Origin: an uncultured bacterium
Lineage (GTDB): Bacteria; Auribacterota; JACPWU01
DNA length: 32,000 nucleotides
Direction of reading: 5' to 3'
Assembly (NCBI GenBank): GCA_964640155.1
Contig: CAZXEQ010000006.1
Span: forward strand, 145,164-177,163
Under the pieces are notes generated by a model. That model was not told the DNA's origin. It searched no databases and saw nothing but the letters and a program-made list of their open reading frames with translations. Within the stretch, counting starts at the first letter, position 1. Each line of letters begins with the position of its first letter. Made by a program: the position numbers and the translations under genes. Shown piece by piece: positions 25,358 to 32,000 of this stretch.

Positions 25358-26233
25358 TCATTTCGTAGTGGAATTTTGAGGAGGCTTCGCTTGAATTTCT
25401 TTAAGTGTCACGGGAACATATTTAAATCTGAGATCTATCATCGTCGGGTCTTGACGTTTTTTCTTTAAATCTTCCAAAATCGAAAGCAATCGAATCAAAC
25501 GACTTTCATAATCAGAGCTCCCCAAGTGAATCATCAATCCTGAAGTACTTTTCAAAACCACATCTTCTTGATCTGTCAAATCAACATATTCTAAATCAAA
25601 CATTTTCTTAAGAACAGATCCCGAAAAAATTTCTAGAACCCTTAATGCTTTCAACAATCCCGAAGTCTCAATACGATTTCTCTGATGAAGCTCACTTTGA
25701 GGGAATTCAATACGAATTAAAGGATATACCAGGCTGAGCTCTTTAATTTCAGAGAGAACAACTCCTTCAGAATCTAAAAGCCAAATCCTATCTTCATTTT
25801 CATGGGAGATAACCTGAGCAATGGGTTCCCTTTCTAAAACCTTTACAAAAACTTGATTAGGCAATTGTTTCCATATTTGCGCTTTTTTCAAAAGGGGTTC
25901 TTCACTTAACAACCGTTGAGCTTCTGCTAAGTCTAATTTAAAAATATTTCTGACTTCATTTAAATGAGCCCGATGAATAACCTCATCCTTAGAAAAATTT
26001 TTCAACCCTTGAACAGAAATGTTATCGATTGAAAAATAAGGATCTGCGCATAAAATATTCCATATACGAAAAGACACCCATACTAAAAGGGCCAAATCTA
26101 ACATAAAAAGAAAAGCTCCTAGAAAAAATCGGCCCACAGACTTCCAAAAAGATCCTGAACGAGATCCATAAAGCTTGTCAAATCGAGCTGCTCGAACAGG
26201 AGATTTAGAGACGTACTGTCTAGGACGCACCAT
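25358..26233 (-). CDS. ftsQ: cell division protein FtsQ (POTRA domain)
   Basis: 291 aa. Basic N-terminus, single TM (FLGAFLFMLDLALLVWVSF), then a POTRA-like segment FSIDNISVQGLKNFSKDEVIHRAHL. It sits immediately after ddl with a 14-nt overlap. Confidence 0.8.
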   Translation of the reverse strand: MVRPRQYVSKSPVRAARFDKLYGSRSGSFWKSVGRFFLGAFLFMLDLALLVWVSFRIWNILCADPYFSIDNISVQGLKNFSKDEVIHRAHLNEVRNIFKLDLAEAQRLLSEEPLLKKAQIWKQLPNQVFVKVLEREPIAQVISHENEDRIWLLDSEGVVLSEIKELSLVYPLIRIEFPQSELHQRNRIETSGLLKALRVLEIFSGSVLKKMFDLEYVDLTDQEDVVLKSTSGLMIHLGSSDYESRLIRLLSILEDLKKKRQDPTMIDLRFKYVPVTLKEIQAKPPQNSTTK

Positions 26234-27170
26234 ACGACAAACCTCTCCTGAGTGCCATTTTCAAAATACGATCACATAAATCTTCAAAGCTAATTCCAAT
26301 AGCACCCGCTGCTTTTGGAAGAAGGCTAGTTTGAGTAAAACCTGGAATAGTATTCACCTCTAATACCCAAGAAGTCCCCTGTTTATCAAGCAAAAGATCC
26401 ACTCTGGCCAAATCCCTACATCCTAAAGACTGATACGCTCTTAAAGCAATTTCTTGAGCTTTAAGAAATTCTTTTGGGGGAATTTGTGCGGGTACTTCAT
26501 ATTGTGTATGTCCTGGACTATATTTAGCTTCAAAATCATAAAAAGAACGATCTGTTTTGATGCGAAGAACAGGAAGAACCTCTTCCCCTAAAATTCCAAC
26601 TGTTAATTCGTCTCCTTCAATATAAGATTCTATTAAAATTTCATCGGTTACTTTTAAAATTCTTGCAAAGGCATCTGAGAGTAAAGTTTGGTTTGGAACA
26701 ATTTCAAGACCAATGCTGGAACCTTCTGTGGTTGGTTTCAAAACAAGAGGAAATGGAATATTTTTTATTTCCTTCTTTAGATGTTCTAAGTCCTTAAAAC
26801 ATCCACAAGCCCAAGCAGGAGTAGCTAATCCCGCCTTTTTAAATTCTTTTTTAGCTAATTCTTTATGCAAAGCCAAAAAACTTGCCTTGGGATCGGAACC
26901 GGTATAAGGAATATGGTGTGCCTCTAAAATTTTTTGAACAGAACCATCTTCTCCGAATTTCCCATGAAGAGCAATGAAAGCAGCTTGAATATTCAAAGAC
27001 TTCAGCTGACTTTCTAAATCATCCATTTCTGTTATTTCAACAACTTCATAATTTTTGGATTGAAGGGCTTGACTGATGGCTTTTCCAGAACGTAATGAGA
27101 TCTCTCTTTCACGAGAAGGCCCACCCATTAATACGGCGACTTTGATGCTATTTCTATTTTGAATATTCAA
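26220..27170 (-). CDS. ddl: D-alanine--D-alanine ligase
   Basis: 316 aa. Motifs VAVLMGGPSREREISLRSG and the ATP-grasp element EVNTIPGFT. TTG start with GGAG 8 nt upstream. Confidence 0.95.
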   Translation of the reverse strand: MNIQNRNSIKVAVLMGGPSREREISLRSGKAISQALQSKNYEVVEITEMDDLESQLKSLNIQAAFIALHGKFGEDGSVQKILEAHHIPYTGSDPKASFLALHKELAKKEFKKAGLATPAWACGCFKDLEHLKKEIKNIPFPLVLKPTTEGSSIGLEIVPNQTLLSDAFARILKVTDEILIESYIEGDELTVGILGEEVLPVLRIKTDRSFYDFEAKYSPGHTQYEVPAQIPPKEFLKAQEIALRAYQSLGCRDLARVDLLLDKQGTSWVLEVNTIPGFTQTSLLPKAAGAIGISFEDLCDRILKMALRRGLSYGAS

Positions 27171-27193
27171 TTGAATGTCTCCACTTTTTCAAA

Positions 27194-27253
27194 TGCAGTA
27201 GTTCGTATCTCGTAATTCGTAGTTCGCAAAAACGAAATACTAACTACGATGCA
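27194..27253 (-). repeat. long imperfect inverted repeat (about 17 bp paired) in the murC-murB/ddl spacer
   Basis: TGCAGTAGTTCGTATCTCG (27194-27212) pairs with CGAAATACTAACTACGATGCA (27233-27253), with one 2-nt bulge and two mismatches. GTAGTTCG is repeated directly at 27198 and 27219. Confidence 0.5.
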
Positions 27254-27301
27254 GCTTTTCCAATCTTTTATAGTCCCCGCAGGGGATACGAAATACTGTT
27301 T

Positions 27302-29707
27302 TTACTCGTCTTCCCCAAAAACTTCTACTTCATTTTCTAAAAAAATGTTTTTAGACTGATAAATTTTTTGTCGTACCTTTTCAATGAGAGTTAAAACATC
27401 TGAAGCCTTGGCTTTGCCTTTATTCACTATAAAATTAGCATGCTGAGAAGAAATTTGAGCATCCCCTACTGAAAAATCTTTAAATCCAGCTTCGTCAATT
27501 AATTGTCCGGCAAAATTATCTTCAGGATTTTTAAAAATGCAGCCTGCATTTGGCAGCTTGGGATAACGCATGGAGCGTTCTACTTTAAGTTCAAAAACCC
27601 TTTTTGAGAGTTCCCTCGCTTGAGTTTTTTTCAAAAGAAACTTTGCTTCAAGAGCAATTTTGCCTTTTAAAGCCTCACAAGATCGATAGTTTAAACCTAA
27701 TTTTTCCTTTGAAAAAACTTCTAAAGAACCATCTGGGTTTAGAGCAAGAACTGAATAAAGCCTCTCCCCAATTTCTGTCCCATACGCCCCTGCATTAAAA
27801 TGAAGCGCTCCTCCAATCGTTCCAGGAATTCCTTTTAAATTTTCCAGGCCTGATAAACCATTTTCAACCGCACGTTGAATGACCTCAGCCAAACTCAAAC
27901 CTGAACCTACAGTTAAGAAGTTATCCTCTATTTTCATTCTTCTAAAATAGGGGTTTGAAAGTCGAATTACAATACCGCGGATTCCCCCATCACGCACAAT
28001 CATGTTAGAACCATTTCCTACTACTAAAATAGGCAATCCTTTTTGTCTAGCAAATTGCTGTACTTCCAAAAGATCTTCCAAATCAACAGGTTCAACCCAA
28101 AAATCTGCAGGGCCTCCCAAGCGAAAAGTGGTGTGACGAGACATAGGTTCAGAGTTTAAAATTTTTCCCTTGATAGGATTTTGTTTATAAAACTCTAAAA
28201 TATCTTTTTTCTTTTCGTCTTTGTGATTTAATTTATTTTTTTCTAAAAAATCACGACCTAAAGATGTGATATCTCCAGCCCCCATGGTCAAAATCACATC
28301 ATACTCAGAGATATGATCTTGAATATATTTTGAGATTTCTTTAAAAGTTTCACTAGGCCCTTCATTAGTATAAATAGATTTATGTAGGCCAGTACTGTGA
28401 GAAACAGAGGATTTTTCTAATGAATGATTATTTATACTCTGTTTCTCACTAGCAAAATAAAACACATGAGAATGTCCCAAATTTTTTATTAAATCAACCA
28501 ACATCAAACCCGTCACACCTGGAATCTGGACCTCGCTACTTGAATAAATATCGGTCACGATAATATGGTCCGATAGGACAAGAGCTTGAGCCAATTCTTT
28601 TTTAAGAAAATTTGTTCGAGTATAACGATGGGGTTGAAAAATCGTTAAAACCTTCCCCTTAAAATTATTTTTAATTGTACTAAGTACCGCTTCAATTTCA
28701 GTAGGATGATGGGCATAATCATCAATAAAAGTAGTTTGATTGATTTGACCTAAAATTTCTAAGCGGCGACTCGCCCCTTTAAAATGAAAAAGGGCTTGCT
28801 GAATCACGTTAAAGCCAATCTTTAATAAAAGAGCTGTTCCGATCGCAGCTAAGGCGTTTGAAATTTGATGAAGCCCTGGAATATTTAATTTACATTGCCC
28901 CAGTTTTTCCCCTTCAAACACAACCCCAAAAGTAGAACCCCAATGACTATGTTCAATATCTGTCGCGCGTAACTGAGCTTGAGGGGAAAAACCAAAAGTT
29001 AGAAATAAATCTTTCAAACCCGTTGATTTCATGAAAGATTGACATCCTGAATCATCACCGTTAATAACAATTTTTTTTCTAACCTGGCTTGAAAAGCTTT
29101 TGAAATGATTCAAAATATTTTCAAAATTTTTAAAAAAGTCTAAATGCTCTGAATCTAAATTTGTAATAACTGCAAATTCTGGATGATATTGAAGTAAAGT
29201 TCCATCACTTTCATCAGCTTCAAAAACAGACCATTCCCCTTTGCCCCATCGAGCATTTCCAGAAAGAAAGTCAAAATCTCCTCCCACAACAATGGTTGGA
29301 TCCCATTCAGCTTCAAGCAAAATCTTGGCCATCATCCCAGTGGTCGATGTTTTTCCATGCATCCCCGAAATGGCAATTGATTTTTTAGAGCTCATCAATT
29401 CACTCAAAAGCATAGAACGCTGAACAACAGGAATTTGAAGTCTTTTAGCTTCAAGACATTCCAGATCAGAAGCAGGAACTGCACTCGAATAAACAATCAA
29501 ATCTTGACGCATAACATGCGAAACATGATGACAATCAAAAATTTCAATCCCACTCTTTAAAAAGAATTCTTCCTTTGTTTTTGCCTTAGGATCACAACCT
29601 GTAACTGAATGTCCAAGAGACTTTAAAATCTTTGCTAGAGCACTCATCCCCGAGCCACAAATCCCCATTAAATGAACATTCATAGATGCTTGTTTCAAAA
29701 GTTTCAT
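27302..29707 (-). CDS. murC: bifunctional MurC-MurB fusion: UDP-N-acetylmuramate--L-alanine ligase plus UDP-N-acetylenolpyruvoylglucosamine reductase
   Basis: 801 aa. The MurC part (about aa 1-490) has GICGSGMSALA, GMHGKTSTT, DESDGT, NLDSEHLD, DDYAHHPTEI and FQPHRYTRT. After a Lys-rich linker, the MurB part (about aa 505-801) has MSRHTTFRLGGPADFWVEP, VVGNGSNM and GCIFKNP. Confidence 0.93.
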   Translation of the reverse strand: MKLLKQASMNVHLMGICGSGMSALAKILKSLGHSVTGCDPKAKTKEEFFLKSGIEIFDCHHVSHVMRQDLIVYSSAVPASDLECLEAKRLQIPVVQRSMLLSELMSSKKSIAISGMHGKTSTTGMMAKILLEAEWDPTIVVGGDFDFLSGNARWGKGEWSVFEADESDGTLLQYHPEFAVITNLDSEHLDFFKNFENILNHFKSFSSQVRKKIVINGDDSGCQSFMKSTGLKDLFLTFGFSPQAQLRATDIEHSHWGSTFGVVFEGEKLGQCKLNIPGLHQISNALAAIGTALLLKIGFNVIQQALFHFKGASRRLEILGQINQTTFIDDYAHHPTEIEAVLSTIKNNFKGKVLTIFQPHRYTRTNFLKKELAQALVLSDHIIVTDIYSSSEVQIPGVTGLMLVDLIKNLGHSHVFYFASEKQSINNHSLEKSSVSHSTGLHKSIYTNEGPSETFKEISKYIQDHISEYDVILTMGAGDITSLGRDFLEKNKLNHKDEKKKDILEFYKQNPIKGKILNSEPMSRHTTFRLGGPADFWVEPVDLEDLLEVQQFARQKGLPILVVGNGSNMIVRDGGIRGIVIRLSNPYFRRMKIEDNFLTVGSGLSLAEVIQRAVENGLSGLENLKGIPGTIGGALHFNAGAYGTEIGERLYSVLALNPDGSLEVFSKEKLGLNYRSCEALKGKIALEAKFLLKKTQARELSKRVFELKVERSMRYPKLPNAGCIFKNPEDNFAGQLIDEAGFKDFSVGDAQISSQHANFIVNKGKAKASDVLTLIEKVRQKIYQSKNIFLENEVEVFGEDE

Positions 29708-30825
29708 GATAAAACCTGTTTTAAGACTTGTACAATTCTCTGAGTTCCATCACTGATGCCTAGCTCTTTGGATCTCTGAGACATGGTTTGACGAAAATCT
29801 TGATTTTCAATAAAGCGAATAATCTCTCTGGCTAATATCTCAGCCGAAAGATTATTTTCCTTTAACATACACGTCGCCCCTTTATCGGCCAAATAGGCAG
29901 CATTGATCTCCTGATGATTCTCAATAGCATAGGGATAGGGAATCAAAATAGAGGGTAATCCACAATAAGTAATTTCAGCAATGGTAGATGCGCCCGCACG
30001 ACCAATAAAAAGATTGGCACATCTAAAAGCACTTTCCGCATTTTCCATAAAAGCGTAAATTTGGCATGGAACACCATTAGAATAGTAATTCGCCTTAATT
30101 CGCTCATAATCTTTTTGCCCTGTGATATGCAAGATCTGTAGCTTTTGAGCAAAAGATCCTAACAGATGTATCGTTTCTAATATACAATCATTAATTCGTT
30201 TTGAACCTAAACTACCCCCCATCACTAAAATAATAAATTTTTCAGGATCAAGTCCTAAATTCTTTAAAGATTGATCTCGAGTCACCTTCAAAAAATTAGG
30301 GCGAAGAGGTAATCCTGTTAAATGATGTCGATCCTTACATTCTCTCTTTGATTTTAGATTCTGCCCTTTGGAAGAGCACTCTGTCATAGGGAAAGTGGTG
30401 CAAATCGCTTGCGCCCATCGTGCTAGAATTCGATTTGCTCGACCTGGATAAATATTGGCTTCATGAATGACCACTGGAATTTTCATCCATCGAGCCATCA
30501 AAACAGGTGCTGCAGAAATATATCCACCAAAAGAAAGAAGAATGTCCGGTTTTCTTTTTTTAAAAATTTTTAACATTTGTCCGAGAGAGAGAAATAAGAA
30601 GAATCCCCATTTAAAAATTCCTAAACTCATCTTTTGGGGCAAACCACAACCTAAGATAGACTCAAACTGAAAACCTTCCTTTTGCAAAAGATCTTCATCA
30701 AGCCCACCTTTGGTTCCTATAAAAAAGATGTCCCAAGGATCTATTTGCGATTTTAATAAGCGCGCCACAGCAAGAGCTGGAAAAAAATGTCCTCCCGTTT
30801 TTCCTGCACATATTGCAATTTTCAT
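29704..30825 (-). CDS. murG: undecaprenyldiphospho-muramoylpentapeptide beta-N-acetylglucosaminyltransferase
   Basis: 373 aa. Motifs AGKTGGHFFPALAVA, GGSLGS and GRAGASTIAE. It has 4-nt overlaps with both neighbouring genes. Confidence 0.95.
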   Translation of the reverse strand: MKIAICAGKTGGHFFPALAVARLLKSQIDPWDIFFIGTKGGLDEDLLQKEGFQFESILGCGLPQKMSLGIFKWGFFLFLSLGQMLKIFKKRKPDILLSFGGYISAAPVLMARWMKIPVVIHEANIYPGRANRILARWAQAICTTFPMTECSSKGQNLKSKRECKDRHHLTGLPLRPNFLKVTRDQSLKNLGLDPEKFIILVMGGSLGSKRINDCILETIHLLGSFAQKLQILHITGQKDYERIKANYYSNGVPCQIYAFMENAESAFRCANLFIGRAGASTIAEITYCGLPSILIPYPYAIENHQEINAAYLADKGATCMLKENNLSAEILAREIIRFIENQDFRQTMSQRSKELGISDGTQRIVQVLKQVLS

Positions 30826-32000
30826 CTGATTCTTACCTTACGAACACCTTCGCTAGAACGACGTTTCACGGGACGCGCACGTGTTTTTCTCGTTTTTCTC
30901 CAATTACTTTCTTCTCTCTTTTCCTTCGACACAGAAAGAGCCAAATTCATCAAAATGCCAATACCGGCCATACTCAAAACCAAACTCGAACCTCCAAAAC
31001 TAATAAAAGGAAGGGGTAAGCCTTTGGTAGGTAAAGTTCCAGTAACAACGCCAATATTAACAACCGTTTGCAAAGTCAATAAAGTCACAATGCCCATTCC
31101 TAACAAATGACCTTCTAAATCATTAATTCGAAGAACCACACGATATCCCAAATAAAAAAGGGTTAGAAAAGCCAAGCAAACAATAAGTGCTCCTACAAAA
31201 CCTAGCTCTTCACCAATGATGCTGAAAATAAAATCAGTATGTGCTTCTGGTAAATAAAAGAGTTTTTGCCGTGACTCTCCTAATCCTACACCTGTGACAC
31301 CTCCAGATCCCAAAGCAATAAAAGATTGAATGATTTGGAAACCTACACCTTTGGGATCTTTCCAAGGATCCAAAAAAGCCAAGATTCTTGCTCTTCGATA
31401 AGCCACTCCTGCAACGAAAAAATAAAGCACAGGCAGAGAAGTAATCAAAAGAGAAATCAAATATCTCAATCTCACCCCTCCTACAAAAAGTAAGACAAAC
31501 CCAACACTCCCTAATGCCACAGTTGTTCCTAGGTCAGGTTGAATTAAAATGAGTCCCGCCGTAAATCCGAGAATACAAATAGGAGGAAGAAATCCTTGTG
31601 TGAAAGATTTAATCTGATCTTGATGATTGGACACCCAATGCGCAAGAAAAGCAATAAGGGCATATTTTGCTAATTCAGAAGGCTGAAAGCCAAAACCACC
31701 CAATTTGATCCACCTTCTTGCTCCCCCCACTTGATGACCAATTCCGGGAATCATTACGACGACAAGGCATGCAATAGCAACAAGCAATAAAATAGCCGAT
31801 ACTTTTGTCCAAAATTGATAAGGGACTTTATAACACACAAAAAGTGCAACCATACCAACACAAAACCACATCAGTTCTTTTTTTAGAAAAAGTGTAGTAT
31901 CCCCAAATTTTTCCTGAGCTAAAATCGCACTGGTACTGTAAATCATCACCACTCCCATACCAATCAGGAGAAGCGCAATAAAAAAAATGGCATAGGCTGT
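30822..32000 (-). CDS. ftsW: SEDS-family peptidoglycan glycosyltransferase FtsW (5' end outside the window)
   Basis: Motifs QPSELAKY, LPEAHTDFIFS and GLPLPFISFGGSS. The reading frame stays open from 31958 to the window edge (..TAYAIFFIALLLIGMGVVMIY), so the true start lies beyond 32000. Confidence 0.9.
   Translation of the reverse strand, partial: TAYAIFFIALLLIGMGVVMIYSTSAILAQEKFGDTTLFLKKELMWFCVGMVALFVCYKVPYQFWTKVSAILLLVAIACLVVVMIPGIGHQVGGARRWIKLGGFGFQPSELAKYALIAFLAHWVSNHQDQIKSFTQGFLPPICILGFTAGLILIQPDLGTTVALGSVGFVLLFVGGVRLRYLISLLITSLPVLYFFVAGVAYRRARILAFLDPWKDPKGVGFQIIQSFIALGSGGVTGVGLGESRQKLFYLPEAHTDFIFSIIGEELGFVGALIVCLAFLTLFYLGYRVVLRINDLEGHLLGMGIVTLLTLQTVVNIGVVTGTLPTKGLPLPFISFGGSSLVLSMAGIGILMNLALSVSKEKREESNWRKTRKTRARPVKRRSSEGVRKVRIR

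Noticed and set aside
30787-31110. Plus-strand ORFs of 107 and 68 aa lie across the murG/ftsW junction.
   Set aside because: They are antisense to two strongly supported, motif-bearing genes. No independent support exists.

Overview
This is a low-GC chromosomal segment from a diderm (outer-membrane-bearing) bacterium, densely coding. No rRNA, tRNA, CRISPR array, transposase or integrase is visible.

Layout:
- 130-951 (-): an HU/IHF-family DNA-binding gene, co-transcribed with a small tail-anchored helical protein.
- 1178-11614 (+): a four-gene RND efflux operon. It encodes a TolC-family outer-membrane factor with TPR-like extensions on both ends, a periplasmic adaptor, and two tandem RND permeases.
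- 11740-20984 (-): a block of five poorly characterised or uncharacterised envelope proteins in three transcription units, each with a recognisable promoter.
  - Unit 1: an FtsH-like AAA+/M41 protease with no periplasmic domain, coupled to a 432-aa lipoprotein.
  - Unit 2: a 642-aa N-terminally anchored protein.
  - Unit 3: a translationally coupled pair. One member is a secreted protein with Tiki/ChaN/erythromycin-esterase-like His motifs. The other is a compositionally aberrant, Ala-rich 729-aa secreted orphan.
- 21093-32000 (-): housekeeping genes. These are a small membrane protein, aspS, hisS and rnhC, then the distal part of a dcw cluster: ftsW (5' end outside the window), murG, a murC-murB fusion, ddl and ftsQ.

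The dcw cluster ends at ftsQ with no ftsA or ftsZ following. The best candidate for an undescribed system is the two-gene secreted pair at 17014-20942. The neighbouring FtsH-like/lipoprotein pair is a second candidate. All functional calls rest on motif recognition by eye. No database search was possible.
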